A stretch of DNA of 64,000 nt from Callorhinchus milii (GCF_018977255.1 NW_024704745.1:11966001-12030000), one strand, 5' to 3'. Counted from the first letter of the stretch, positions 20,536-33,632 are shown. Numbers and translations: made by a program. Notes: generated by a model from the letters alone, not told the origin.

Positions 20536-22429
20536 GACCAATTTAATATGGGAAGTTGTTAGCTAAAACACTGGGAGAAAATTCCTTTTCTTTTCGATCT
20601 ATCACCCCCATCTGAACAGGCAGATGGGACCTTGGTTTAACGTCTCATCCAAAGGATGGGATCCACTGCGATAATTGTTACAAACCTCGAAATGCAAGTC
20701 TTTTTTAAAAAAATCTTTGCAAATGCAGGCAGTCTAGGCCTGTTTATCCTAACTATGTAACAATCAGTGACTCAGAAACCCATTCTGTTGACTTTTTGCT
20801 CAATGGATGAATAGAATTGGTGACATAAACAGTTGTAATTTGTATAGTGCCGCTTCATAAAGATGAGTTGCCTAAATAACAATTCACAATACTGAGGAGG
20901 TTGTGTAGCTTTCACCACTGAACTTCTACTGTGTTCATATTAAACTACAATTGCCTAATGCTCTTGGAACAATTCCACCTTTCATTCTGGCTGTTTTGCT
21001 TTATATTTGGCTCATGGGGCTTATGAATGCTGTGGGAAGACATCGGGATTATCGGACTCCACATCTCAAATGTCAAGAACAGAGTGGTAAGATATACAGG
21101 AGTCGCAAAAGAATTTGCAAAGCATTTGTAAATCCTGATTCCTGCTGGGAACCAGAAATCCTGCTGGGAATATTGGGATTCTTGACTGCACAGTTTCTAA
21201 TTGGGGCAGACCACTCACTGGGACCACTGATTCTTCCCATTAATTTCCTGTTAATCCTACAAACTAAAGCACTGGGTGGTCCGAGCTAAGCAAATGGTGG
21301 GAACTTTGCCAGAGAGTTTTCACCATATTAAGCTGCGGTTTATCTGTTTAAATTCCAGCATTTTCCCAATGAACACTTCTGCGACCCTAGCTTTGTCTCC
21401 GGATGTGAAAGGCGCTATATAGATTCAATTTGCTGTTGTTGCTTTTGTGCCTAATACTTTCCAGGTAAATAGGATCTGTCCCACCATGAAAAGAATGTGC
21501 ATTATATTCTAGATAAAGGGTAATTTTCATGTGTAGCTGGTATACATATGTAGTACTCTCAGTTTGCTTTGGATACTTTTGATCATTATAAGGGTTTTGG
21601 TGTGTATCGGACACCCATCTGACCAAAGTAAAGGCGCCAGACTGGTTAGGGTATCAGCTATGAGACTCTTATAGGAGTGCACTAAATGTATTGTCAGACT
21701 ACAAGAAGAGCATCTAATTTATAGCTTTAGAATCACGATGGACCCGAAAATAACAATACGCTTATATCCAGATACAGGGCAACTTTTTAAATTGTCTTCC
21801 AAAGAATTTATTTAATAAATTATGTGTGATATGCATTCCGCAAATCTGTAAACGAAACATGGAAATTTATGACATCTCCCATCAATAGTTTATCAATTAT
21901 TCATCTACCATTTATCTGTGGGTTTCCTGCTTCTGCTAACTCCTAGGCTATGCACAGATGTTTCATCGTGCATTTGTGCAGCCCCAATGGACATAAAAGG
22001 TTGGTTTGTGTTTTACTGGCTGGCCTGAGGGCTGAACGTTTGGTCACTGTTACGCCATTCACAATTATAATGAGGAAATCCCATTGGAGACCAACGTTCT
22101 CAATGCTGACTGGAATCTTTTTTTTGTGTATCTACTGCAAAACCTCAAATGTCATTCACGAGACCTGTAACTGCAGCAGAAAATCATGAATAACTTTTGT
22201 CTTCTTGCATTTTTGCCACAGTGTAAATGGATACGATTGAAAGACAAAGGTTATGATTTAGATGCAGACTGAGTGCATTTTAAGAGTTCACCACAAACTG
22301 GCTGGATTTTCCCCCAACTCTTTCAAATAAAATTACTAAATTCTTGTTATTTTTTCTCCGCTGACTAAACACAAATCGCATTCATCTGGTACAATGTACG
22401 ATGATTAGCTTTTTATTGGCGAGGGAAAA

Positions 22430-22628
22430 CTGGAATGCTTTGCCGAGTGTGGTGGTTGAGGCAGAATTCAAATTAGCTTCCAAGGCAGAATTAGATAGAT
22501 ATCTAAAAAGGGAATAATTTGCAGATAGCACAGGAGGAAAAGGCAGGCAAATAGAATGGAATGGATTGCTGTTTCAAAGAGCTGGCACAGACATGATAGG
22601 CTGCATGGCCTTCTTAAGTGCTGTTACG
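22430..22628 (+). mobile_element. CR1 LINE 3' end
   Basis: tggaatgctttgcc...gtggttgaggcaga...gagctggcacagacatgataggctgcatggcctt. Confidence 0.7.
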
Positions 22629-22650
22629 TTCTGTCTAGCCCTCTGAGCAT

Positions 22651-22971
22651 TGCCAGGGTGAAACGTTTGGCAAGTTTACTTACTCCACACACCTGTTTAC
22701 CTAGTAGTAAATAGGAACCTGGTTGTTAGTTAATTGGTGGATTGCTTTTCCAGAGGAAAAAATCCCTTCAAAAATAAATAAATACATACATACATTCATC
22801 ATTGGTCATTCAATCCATGACTGTTTATGGGACACTGCTGTGCGCAATTGGCTGCTGCATTTCAGCCACAAAATGTACAGTCAATTTGCTTTATAGTATA
22901 TTCTATGAAGCGCTTTAAGACGTCTTGATGATAAGGCGCTATATCAAAATGCAAGGATTATTATTATTATT
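22651..22971 (+). mobile_element. SINE, head truncated
   Basis: gaaacgtttggcaagtttacttactccacac...gcaaggattattattattat. Confidence 0.85.
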
Positions 22972-23259
22972 GGAGACGGGTTTTCTTCCCTGAACACTAC
23001 TAAGTTGTGTGTGGCACTTTTGCCGCACCATGGATCACAGCTTTGCAGTGCTGGTTAACTCAAGTAAAAACTCTCATACCAAATATCACATTTTTCATCC
23101 TATAATTATAACCACTCCTATTCTTGAACGTCATGTGTTTTGTTCAAATTGACAATAAGCAATTTCTATTTGAAATAAAGTCATGTGAAGGTTTTGACAG
23201 AGCAACGTGTGGTTGAATACCAGAATCCTTCACAGACATTCAGCAAATCCTAAAGCAGA

Positions 23260-23490
23260 GGATTGTTAGTCGATTGGCGGATCGCTTTTTCAGGGGTAAT
23301 AATTCCTTCAAAAAAAATTATAATACATTGGTCACTTAATCCATGACTGTTTGTGGGACACTGCTGTGCCCAATTGCCTGCTGCGTTTTCGCCCACAAAA
23401 TATACAGTCAATTCAGTTTATAGAGTATATTCTGCGAAGCGCTTTGAGATGCCTCAAAGACGTGATAAGGTGCTATATGATATGCAATTT
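23260..23490 (+). mobile_element. SINE, 5' truncated
   Basis: ttgttagtcgattggcggatcgcttttt...gaagcgctttgagatgcctcaaagacgtgataagg. Confidence 0.85.
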
Positions 23491-24499
23491 TTTTTATTTA
23501 TAATCCTCTTCTTTCAGAATGTCTTCCTCATCTTTTTGGTCACTTTTCCTCCCCACCCTCTCCCGTCCCCTTTCCCAGTTCACCCCAGACACAACTCAGG
23601 CTCCCATTCCGTGAAGAACTTTGATATATCCTCCCAACATGAAATTAAATGCTAATTAAATGGAAATTATTGTTGTTCATCAATAATACTGTGCTCTTGG
23701 TTCAATGTCTTACCCTGTGACCTCTATTGACTACTCAATGCTTTCTGGACTCGCAGCTCCACTCTGGAGTCTGACACTACGTGCGCCTTCATTCTGAGGA
23801 AACCTATAGCTATTGCCTACACTAATGCACTACAGTCATTCTTACTGCTGTACAAGGGACCTTTTCTTCAGGAAATACTGCTCGGTGTGTACTCGTAACT
23901 TATTGTGTAGTACTGTGTTTGTGGCTAACCAGGCATGGATTGCATTGCATTGCATTTTTTGGGGAATGACCTAGAATTCATACTGTTTTCACAACCATAG
24001 TGTGAATGCGGGCTTTGAATATGGCCCGGTATTATTCTCAGCGATGAAGAAAGTGAACTGAAACTTTTCAGATTTACTGGGAAGCGAGTGTTTCAATACA
24101 CATCCTGCTGATCTAAGGATTTGAGTAGTTGAAAGGTACAATTTGAGATTTTTACTGTGGTTACAGCCTCTTCTGGTGGTGACAAGGAACTGCATTTTAA
24201 GCACCATTTATTTCACCTTGATCTTCCCAAAGTGAAACCTCTGTTAGCTGAAGAGTGGTGAATAATCTGACCTCTTGTCTCTCCAATGCTGCAGCTGGCT
24301 GGCTGCAAGGCATTCACTGCTCAGGGTCTGCAATTTCCTACTGAAGTACAAACCAATGTACACAAAGCCCTATCCACCCCGATTTAAGCATTGGAGTTAT
24401 AAAAATAATAATTTTCCTTGCATCTGATATACCGCCTATAATGTCAAAACCAGTTTGCAATGAATTGCTTCCAAGTGTAGCGACTGTGCATTGTAGCGA

Positions 24500-24866
24500 G
24501 TGTGATCTTCACACTAGTCGACAAATTCCCTTCATGCCCTGGCACCTCCCTACCTCTCCGACATGCTTATTCTCCACACCACTACCCACCACCTCCGGCC
24601 TCCTGCATGTTCCTCATCCCCTCCATTGCACCACCGGCGGCCATGCTTTCAGCTACTACTCTCCAAAACTCTGGAACTCTCTCACTCAATCCCTCTACCT
24701 TGCTCCCTCCTGCCCCATTTTCAGATCACCCCTTAAGATCTTCCTCTTTGACCATGCCTACGGTCACCTACCCCTCCCACCAGCTCAGGTCAGGCTCTCT
24801 CCCTGGTAAGTGCTCCGAGACACTAGCCTGAATGAAGAGCGCTACATAAATGCAAGTTGTTGTTGT
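24500..24866 (+). mobile_element. Degenerate L2 3' fragment
   Basis: Reads GGHAFSYYSPKLWNSL...LKIFLF; ends ataaatgcaagttgttgttg. Confidence 0.75.
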
Positions 24867-25059
24867 ATTGGTAGGAAAATGTAGAACCCGTTTATTTAGT
24901 CCACAGCAAGTTCCAACGAACAGCTTATCAGTGCTGTAAAGTTTTATGGTTTCTATGGCAAAGTGAATGATCAAATTATCTCCCTGAACACAGGGAGAGA
25001 CCACACTTGAAAAGTGTTGTAGGATTTTTAATGACCCCCTCAACTACAAGGCAGGACCA

Positions 25060-25800
25060 TTATTCAACGTTGCATCCAAAGGTCAGCATCTCTGACAATG
25101 CAGCACTCCCCAATAATACACCTGATTGCCAAGCTAGAACGGAAGCTCAGGTCTCAACGTGATGTTGGAATTCACAACCTTCTGACCTAGACATGCAACT
25201 GCTACCAACTGAGTTAAGCTGTGACCACAAGTACAAAACAACAACGACAAGATTACATTTGTATAGCGCCTATAGAATGTCCCAAGGTGCTGAAGTACAA
25301 CTGGAATGAGAATTCACTTAGCAGCTCTTTGGTCGATTGATTTTTCTTCTGGCTTGCCAAACAGATCCAGTTCATTTGCACTAATGAGTCCAGATTTTCT
25401 TCTGTGCTTTGTATGCAAACAACATTTAGAAATAAAGACATCTACCCAAATAATTAGAAAGTGGTGCGGTGCTATTTCATATAAAAAATCTCCATCCACG
25501 AAATATGGAGAATCACCAGGGTCACGCTTCGTCCAATCTTCAGTTAAGACATTAAACCGAGATCCTATCACTCTGTTCAGGTGGATATTAAAGATCCCAC
25601 GGCGCTATTTGGGAGGAAGTTTCTCCCAACTCTTCGTCAACACTTCCGGATCAAATTGATCATTCACTTCACAGTTGTTTCTGGGACATAGCTGTGAGCA
25701 AAATTGGTTACCTTGCTTGCCTACAAATACACAGTCACTATACTTCATGGTAAATCTTGTGAAATGCTGTGAGATGCTCAACAGCATGATAAGTTTTTAC
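25060..25800. mobile_element. Two ancient Deu-SINE fragments (about 25060-25225 minus, 25545-25800 plus)
   Basis: tcaacgttgcatccaaaggtcagcatctctgacaatgcagcactccc; ttaaaccgagatcc...gtggatattaaagatcccacggcgctattt. Confidence 0.6.
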
Positions 25801-26190
25801 ATGCGAAAACCCATCATCGTGCTTAAAAGTATCCAAACCAAGCTGAGACTTCCGTGCATCCCACGTACACATGGAAATTCAGAGATAGACTGTTGGAATG
25901 GAATGTGTACTCTTTCCCTGGAGGGACTCTTCCTGCTTACCTAATCCCAAAAAGTATTAGGTGCAGGTTGGCAAGAGCTAAGGCTTGGGGACCACAGAGT
26001 CTGCGTTGGGGCAACTGCTGGAGTCTAACCAGCTAAAACTGCGTAGTTTGCCATTGATATTGCTGTCTGATAAGCTTTCCTGCTGCTTATCCAGCTAGGA
26101 TCACCCTACCCGTTAGGGCTTTGGCTTGCAGGGTTAACAGTAGCTGAGTGGAATGACATGTCATCTTGGAGCCAGTTTAGCTCAGCCCCT
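25800..26190 (+). repeat. Unclassified repeat, copy 2
   Basis: gcatcccacgtacacatggaaattcagagatagactgttggaatgg...cttgcagggttaacagtagctgagtgg. Confidence 0.8.
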
Positions 26191-27144
26191 GTATAAAATG
26201 CAAGGATTTCTATATTCCGATTATGTAATTCAAGCACTCCGAGACTCTCCCCCATGTGAAGGGCACTTTATAAATGCAAGTTGTTGTTGTTGATCTACAA
26301 CATCAGTGGGAGTTAGGAAGTGATCACTTCTGTTTTAAGAACACAGGAATTATCTTCCTCATAGTATGACTTGTACAAATTTTCCCTTTTGTGCAGGTTC
26401 AGGACTGCTCAGCAGGGCTGTACTCTGTACTCGCACAGATTCCTCATTAAGGCATTCTCTCATTTAAGTTCCTATGTAGCAAGGAATGCTTTTCCAGACT
26501 CAGAGAACAGTTATGCAGTTCTCAGCCAGTCATCAGACAGTCAGTCTGAGAGACTCCTTAGTTACCGTGACTGGTTCTGGGAAGTCATTAACGAACATTA
26601 TTATTTTCAAATCTTCATTTCTCAGTTTTAAAGGCTGCTGTCCTTACGCAGCTTCCTTCAGCTTGAAGGTAGTCAGTAAGCCCTAGAGTTTTTTATTCTC
26701 TGACGTGGGTTGCATGAATTTGCTGCTTGAATGAGTAATTTGGAGCTACACACTCACTACGTTACCTATTATGGTAGTGTTTGTTCACTTTGTGGGATGC
26801 CAACAAATTGTACACTGTGGTTGAGTTTTCAAATAAAGCTATTAGTAGTTGAATCCATTTTCAGCCACTCAATATACACATGTACAGAATTGGCATGAAT
26901 ACCTGGCCAGGGTTACTGTTTTACATACGCACTTTGCAACATATCCTAATCGATCTATTTTAGAATTATCAAGAAGAATAAAGAAGAACAAAAACAATGT
27001 GCTTTTGTATAGTGCCCTTCATATAGAATAACATCTCGGAGTGCTTCACAATGCCTGGGCAGATGCCAAGCAAGTGAGAAGCAAGTGGGGGAAGGGGGAG
27101 TTGGCCAAATGCACAGTCAAAGTGGTAGGTTATATACACAGTCA

Positions 27145-27228
27145 CTACACTTTACAGTGTGTTCTGTGAAGCGCTTTGGGACGTCCTCCCGACGTGAAAA
27201 GCGCTATATCAAATGCAAGGATTATTAT
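27145..27228 (+). mobile_element. SINE tail of the young subfamily
   Basis: cactttacagtgtgttctgtgaagcgctttgggacgtcctcccgacgtgaaaagcgctatatcaaatgcaaggattatta, identical to the tail of the 975 copy. Confidence 0.85.
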
Positions 27229-27684
27229 AGGTTTTGAGGCGGAATTTAAAGACAGATAGAAACTGGGTGAGACGAAGAGGAAGACTAAGGGAGCTCTAGA
27301 GGTTAAGGGTTTACTAACTGATGGGTTGCTCACCGATTGTTGCGCAGAGGCGACAGGGAACACACCAAATTTTCTTGAAAATTCCAAAACAGAAAATGGC
27401 TTGGATATGTTCTGTCTTGCAAGCCGCAGAGATAAGGCAGCAACTTTAGACAGATTAAAGAAATGTTGGCAAGTAAATTGAGAAGTTCAGTATTTAAATG
27501 GATTCTTTAGAGAGTGTTACATATTTACTCTGATTTTCTTTTAGACACAGCAACTCAAACACAGTGAGTTGGGATGTTTATTTTGACACTTCACAAGTCA
27601 GTTCCAGGAACGGCCCTTCTACTTTGCTAGCAACTGAGGAATTAGATTCTCAAGGCTATGTATCTAACAAGAGATTTCATCCTG

Positions 27685-27815
27685 TAAAATAAAAATAAAA
27701 ACTAGGAATGCTGGCAATGTGCGAGAAAAAACACAAATGCTCTAAATCCCCTGCAGGTCATTCAGCGTCTAAACGAGAACAATTAGTTAATGTTTCGGCT
27801 CAACGCTTCAGGGAG
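27685..27815 (-). mobile_element. Older Penelope 3'-region fragment with degenerate hammerhead remnant
   Basis: Minus strand reads cCTGAAGcgttgagccGAAACattaact followed by the ttctcgtttagacgctg...ccagcattcc tract that resembles the 32.3-kb copy. Confidence 0.45.
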
Positions 27816-28869
27816 TCGGAGCTGTAGGTCCACAACCTACTGATTCAGAGGCGAGAGTGCTACCGCTGCGCCAGGCTGACAGACATAAAATTTAGGAAAA
27901 AACAAAAGGAGATAGGACAATTTATTCAACAATGTAGATATTCAACTCAACAAGACTTTTATGCAGCTAACCAAGTATAAACTGGAGATGCCAAGTTATG
28001 ACGGTTAAGCACCTTGGGTTGTCCAAGACCCAATGTGTCCCAGTATGATATGATCAATAAACTCACTAACAAGCAGTGGCAAATTTTAAGGTAGTGACAT
28101 GCTGTGTGGAGGGGAGGGGTTGGGGGGTAAGATAATGCATTAGAGAAGTACATGAAGAATGGGGAAAAAAGGAAATTGATTTGTAATTGACTTTACTGTG
28201 AGTGTAGAAGAGTCCCAGAGTGGAATTATTAAATCAATAATGCATGGACTGTATATAGGAGGAAAGGACTGAACCCAAACAACTTTTCTTTCACACTGAC
28301 TCATTGTAATCTGATCTCTCTTGGCTTGCTTCACTGCACTTTGCCTGCCTTATTTGCATAGCATCAGAGGTTTGGTTTGTTGCTTAGTTACGAGCAGTAC
28401 ACATTGAAGATGACCCCTGTACTCAATCTGCAGACTTGTTTATGCATGCAACTTCACTCCAATATAAAAGAAGTAGGCAGCGCCAGAGAAAGATGCCAGT
28501 CTAAATGCTATCATACCCTGAGCACTGTTGCCAAAACCTACCAGCCGCTTAATGGCTTCATAACATTTGGGTATCAGCATTGCATGGGCATAAACGGTGG
28601 CTTATAACTGGCCATTGACATTTTGGCAACCCAGCAAAATATGCCCTTGTATCTGTATGTCATGAATACGTACAGAGCTGTTACACCGGATGTGAGTCAG
28701 AAAAGATATATGAGGCTGGAAGATAGAACTGGTGAAGCAACACAAGTACATTAATACAATTAAAAAACAGCTACTCTGAGGCTGCCAGGCAGGGAAAGTG
28801 GTGTTTAGGTGCAGTTCATGTTGATCCAACTCTACAGTCCCCTCCACCCTCTCCCCTCAACGAATATAG

Positions 28870-29130
28870 GCCTACTTTGTGTTCCCCGACCCACTGTGTC
28901 ACCATTGGTAGCTGAGCCATCAGCCACTACGCCCCTAAGCTCTGGATCTCCCTGCCTCCGTCCCTCTGCCTCACCCCCTCTCTAGCTATCTTTAAATCCC
29001 ACATTAAAACCTACCTCTTCAAACACGCCTATGGTCACCTCCCCTTTGCTCAGTGTCCAACCCCACCACTGTGGAGCGCTCCGAGACATTATTCTACGCA
29101 AAAGGTGCCGTATAAATGCAAGATGGTTTT
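28870..29130 (+). mobile_element. Degenerate L2 3' fragment
   Basis: ccattggtagctgagccatcagccactacgcccctaagctctgg...ttaaaacctacctcttc...tataaatgcaag. Confidence 0.65.
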
Positions 29131-29214
29131 GTTGCAGCAGAGTGAAGGGGAGGATGGGGGTCAGAAGGGCCTCTTTGTCAGAAAGTTGTGCTTTCAAGCT
29201 CTAAGTCAGGACTT

Positions 29215-29560
29215 TGAGCTTATATTCTAGGCTGACATTCCATTGCAGTTCTGAGGAGAGGCCCTGCAATATCAGAGGTGGTGTCCTTCGGCTGAGGTGT
29301 TCAACCAAGGTCCTATCTGCCTGTTTGGGTAGATGTTAAGGATCCGCTGGCACTATCTGAAAGGAACAGGGAGTTTCTCCTGATGGCCTCAGTTAACAAT
29401 CTCCCAGATAAAATTGATCATTCACTTAATTACTGTTTGTGGGACATTGCAGTGCACAAATTGGCTATGGCATTCATTTCACAGTAACCTTGTGAAGGAC
29501 CTTGACATTTTTGAAGGATGTGATAAGACACTATATTAAATGTGAAGATTTTTATTAAAA
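29215..29560 (+). mobile_element. Ancient Deu-domain SINE (SacSINE1/AmnSINE1-like)
   Basis: ctaggctgacattccattgcagttctgagg...ccttcggctgaggtgttcaaccaaggtcctatctgcc...gttaaggatcc...tgtttgtgggacattgcagtgcacaaattggct, the DeuSINE core as I recall it. Confidence 0.7.
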
Positions 29561-30072
29561 TGCTGAGCAGTCTGAGAAAGGAATACGTTGGATTTTTATA
29601 GCACCTTATCCAGCAAAATGTTTCAAAGCTGGTACAGTTCAATTAATTCTGCTATGTTTTTCCTCTGGATCTCGAAGTGATCCAATGAGAAGCTGTTTGA
29701 TTATTTCAATGTTACTTATACTGAACATCGATGGCTAAAATTGTCAGCACTTGCATCTTTGTATCTCTGAAGTGTGTAAAGTGATGGTGTAAACACTCTC
29801 TCAGATCAACATTTAAATCCCAAAATATTATACATTCTGAAAGGAAGGGTAGCAAATGCAACCTGATTAAATCTGCGTACCTAATTCTGGGGAGTATTAG
29901 ACAGGGGTTGGCAGCAGAGGTTAATCAAAGACTGGAAGAGGTTGCCAGGAAAGATGGTAGAGTCCAAGACACATTTAAAAAGCAGCTTGATGCAGCGATG
30001 GGGGGGCAGAAGGGTGAGGATTCTGGAGGGATGAAGATCAGATGGGCTGAAGAGCTTACTTCATCATCCATA

Positions 30073-30312
30073 ACCCGGCTGTTAGTCAATTAGTGGATCA
30101 CTTTTCCGGGAATAATAATCTCTCCCCCCAAAAAATAATAATAATTTTGTCACTCAATCCACGACTGTTTGTGGGCCCATGCTGGGCGTAATTGCTTGCT
30201 GCGTTTCACCCACAAAATATGCAGTCAATTCACTTTACAGTATATTCTGTAAAGCACGTCTCTAAGACGCAACAGGCGCTATATCAAATGCAATGATTAT
30301 TATTATTATTAT
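30073..30312 (+). mobile_element. SINE, 5' truncated
   Basis: cccggctgttagtc...actgtttgtggg...atatcaaatgcaatga(tta)n. Confidence 0.85.
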
Positions 30313-30329
30313 CAATCTTGTGATCTTGG

Positions 30330-30630
30330 GGTTTAACCAGCTAAATTGCATAGCTTGCCATTGTGAGCACTTGCTGGAAAATCTCTTGCTGCCTGTCCAG
30401 CTAGGACCACTCTACCTAGAGCTGAGTGAGAAGAATCCCTGCCGATGAGGAAGCTGGCTTGGCTGTCATAAGCAGTGCCCTGGAGTACTAGGGACCAGCA
30501 CTGGCTCAGGAATGGACTACCGAAAACGCCACAGAGGCTTGAGTGATTCCGACATTTCATTGCCAAGCACGACACAGCTCAGCTCTAAACAGGATAATTT
30601 CCTCAGGAGGATAGACCCAAGTTGGTCAGT
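30330..30630 (+). repeat. Unclassified repeat, copy 3
   Basis: taaccagctaaattgcatagcttgccattg...gcagtgccctggagtact...ggactaccgaaaacgccacagagg. Confidence 0.75.
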
Positions 30631-31437
30631 TTCCTTGAGTTGAGGAGGGAAATGGTAGTGACTGCAGCTTGTAATGATATAATGGACAGTGGTCTTCACT
30701 GCTTTACAGCTCCCATGTGTGAAAGGACCACACACAAAGGTAGCAGAAAGGATATCTCATACTGTCCCTATTACCGTTACCCTCTGGCAATTAAAATAAA
30801 ATAAATAAAAATTTGCTGGCATCATTCCTTTGGTTGAACTTAAAGAAAAATTCACACAAAAATTATTTTGCCTCTTACAATCTAAAGCTTCCTGCTGACT
30901 CAGGAACTTGGCGTTTTAAGTTTCAAACCAGCTTGGCTTGATTTTTTCCCTACAATTTAATAACTGCCTATTTTGAGGCTGGTAACAGAACTGCTTCTCA
31001 AATTACTGGTGGTTTCAATTTCCTCCTTATTTTTGACATTTGTCGTCATTGCTCGCAGGCAGATGGAGACATCAGAATGTCTCAATTAAAAGTGGGTTCT
31101 GTTGTGCCTTTAGCATGCACAGACTGGGCGATGACTATAACACTACAATTGCCTGGCTTGTGTTAGTAAACACATCCATAAAGTACACATACTGTGAAGC
31201 TATTTGCAATGCATTAGCCACTCTAGAAATGCAAGTTTTGGCCTTATCACCCTAAATAGTGGAACCGAGCTATGGGGTCAGATGGAAGCCATTCTTAATC
31301 ATGTTAGATCTTTTAATCCCATTTGCCACCTGTTCTCCATACACTTTAATTAAGATGATTTCTTCATTATTGTTGTTGATGATGATCAATATACAACAAC
31401 TCTCAAGATATCCCTTGTACAAGACTAGAAACATCAC

Positions 31438-31605
31438 TAAACAACAACAAGATTGCATTTAAAGAGCGTCTTTCACGTCGGGAGGACGTCCCAAGGCGCT
31501 GGACAGTTGGGTCGGGACCCGAGCAGGGGAGAAATGGTCAGGGTGAGGGGAGGGAAGGGAGGGAGCGAGGAGGGGGTAGAGATTCAAGAGGGGAGGTGAA
31601 GGCAC
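31438..31605 (-). mobile_element. Young L2 3' end
   Basis: (aca)n gattgcatttaaagagcgtctttcacgtcgggaggacgtcccaaggcgc followed by the same purine tract as the 1.8 and 11.8 kb copies, reverse-complemented. Confidence 0.85.
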
Positions 31606-31699
31606 GGTTGAAGAGAAGTTTCCCCTAGTCCTGCACTGAAACATCATCTTACGTATGATCTCTCGTACCAGGTTTCCTGACTCCATCATCATCATCATC

Positions 31700-32070
31700 A
31701 TAATCCTCGTCCTTGCCTTCCAGGCCCTCCACGGCCTTCCTGCCCTCCCTACCTCTGTGACCTGCTGACTGGATATCAACCTGTCCATTCCCTCCGCTCA
31801 GCAAGCTCTGGCCTGCTCCATGACCCCCACCTGGCCCGCTCCACCATCAGCTGTTGGGCCTTCAGTCTTTCTGCTCCCACCCTATGGAACTCCATTCCAC
31901 ATTGCCTTTGCCTTGCTCTCTCCCTTGCCTCTCAAAACCCTCCTCTTCGACCAAGCCTTCGGCCACCCTCCTATCCTCCCTGCTCTCCATGATCCCGTTC
32001 CCCAGCTCGGGTCCAAATCCCTGATTAACTAGCGCTTTTGGATGTCCTCCCGACGTGAAAGGTGCGATAC
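31700..32070 (+). mobile_element. Older L2 3' fragment
   Basis: atcctcgtccttgccttccaggccctccacggcctt...ctcaaaaccctcctcttcgaccaagccttc...gatgtcctcccgacgtgaaagg. Confidence 0.75.
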
Positions 32071-32307
32071 AAATTTTCTGCTGTAATTGTATCTAAAGTC
32101 CCAATATGTGATATTCTGTGCACCCTTCAGCTTCAGCACAATTGCTAGGCCTACAGGGCATCAAAAAATAGGATTAACAAAGTCAATGATCTGTGTCAGA
32201 ACATTCCAACTTTTCTTCTGAAGCACCTTTTCCACTCCCCCAAAAAGGGAACATGTGTGCTCAAATGGTTATTTAAACAGTGAAGTGACTACCAGGTGCA
32301 TAGAATG

Positions 32308-33632
32308 AAGAAAACACAAATTACTGCAGATGATGGAAATCTGAAAACAAAAACAGAAGTCGCTGAGAACATTCAGCAGCATCTATGGAGAAAGGAAAGT
32401 GAGTCAACGTTTTAGGTCCATGACCCTTCGTCAGAACTGGGGCGTGTTGGGAGGGAGAAGCTTTTAAAGGCTAACAGAGAGGGGGGAGGTAGGGCAGGGA
32501 AGACAAAGGAGAAAATGGGATAGAGGACAGGGGATGATGGGTTAAATGTTAATGATGCAGAGCAAGGTAGGGGATTGCAATAAAGCAGGGGAATAGAGGT
32601 GTTAATACTGGAGAACAAAAGTGGGGGGAAAGAACTTGCAACAAAACAAACAGATCAGGGAGAGATGAGGTGTGCCTGGGACCCAGATGATGTGGTAATG
32701 GTCACAGAAGAGGGGGAGGGGGAATGTGAGCTGTTATGGTCTGAAATTGTTGAAATCAATATTGAGACCAGAGGGCTGTAAGGTCCTTAGCAGATAACTA
32801 AGGTGCTGTTCCTCGAGCTTGCGCTGTGGCTCATTGGAACAGCGTAGGAGACCGTGGATGGGGTGGTCAGAGTACGAGTGGGAGGGAGAGTTGAAATGGC
32901 AAGAAACCGGAAGCTCAGGGTTGTGCTTGTGGACAGAATGGAGGGGTTCGGCAAATCGGTCACCCAATCTGTGTTTTGTCTCCGCAATGTAGAGGAGACA
33001 CATCGTGAGCAGTGAATGCAATAAACTACATTGGTGGTAGTACACATAAATCACTTGGACTCTGTGTTTGGGGTTCTGGATAGTGGTAATGGGAGGTGGT
33101 GAAAGGGCAGGTATTGCATCTCCTGCGCTAGCATGGGAAGATGCCGGAGGGAGGAGAAGAACTGTTGGTGGTGATGGAGGAATAAACCAGGGAGTCACGG
33201 AGGGAACGGTCCCTTCGGAATGCTGAGTGGGGAGGGGAGGGAAAGATATGTTTAGTGGTTGGATCATGCTGGAGGTGCCGGAAGTGGCAGAGAATTATTT
33301 CTTTGGATGTTGAGGCTGGTAGGGTGGATAATGAGGACCAGGGGGACCCTATCACAGTTCTGGGAAGAGGGGGAAGGAGTGAGGGCAGAGTTGCAGGAAA
33401 TAGGGTGGACACAGTCAAGGGCCCTGTCCACCACCATGGATGGGAATCCTCGGTTGAGGAAAAAGGAAGACATTTCAGCTGCTCTGGCGTGAAAGGTGGC
33501 ATCGTCAGAGCAGATGCGGAGGAGGCGGAGGAACTGGGAAAAGGGAATGGAGTCTTTACAGGAGATGGGGTGGGAGAAGGTATAGTCAAGGTAACTGTGG
33601 GAGTTGGTGGGCTTGTAAAAGATATCTGTTGG
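32308..33632 (-). mobile_element. 5'-truncated Penelope-like retroelement (RT C-terminus + GIY-YIG endonuclease, frameshifted) with its 3' region
   Basis: Minus-strand frames give TDIFYKPTNSHSYLDY...KDSIPFSQFLRLLRICS, then TTNVVYCIHCSRC / LYIAETKHRLGDRFAE / RKLEEQHL...LQPSGLNIDF, the typical PLE RT-thumb and GIY-YIG signatures. Confidence 0.9.
32402..32438 (-). ncRNA. Decayed minimal type-I hammerhead ribozyme in the Penelope 3' region
   Basis: Minus strand reads gtt CTGACGA AGGGTC ATG GACCT AAAA CGTT gac: CUGANGA box, stem II, GAAA changed to AAAA, palindromic AACGTT stem III. Confidence 0.6.

Noticed and set aside
26395-26674. Possible + strand exon (strong acceptor ttttcccttttgtgcag, donors near 26669-26675)
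   Set aside because: All three frames stop within it, no homology is recognised and there are no partner exons; splice-like motifs alone are insufficient.
31438-32070. Twin-primed (inverted) single L2 insertion
   Set aside because: Both pieces contain their own 3' ends and differ in age, so they are two independent insertions.
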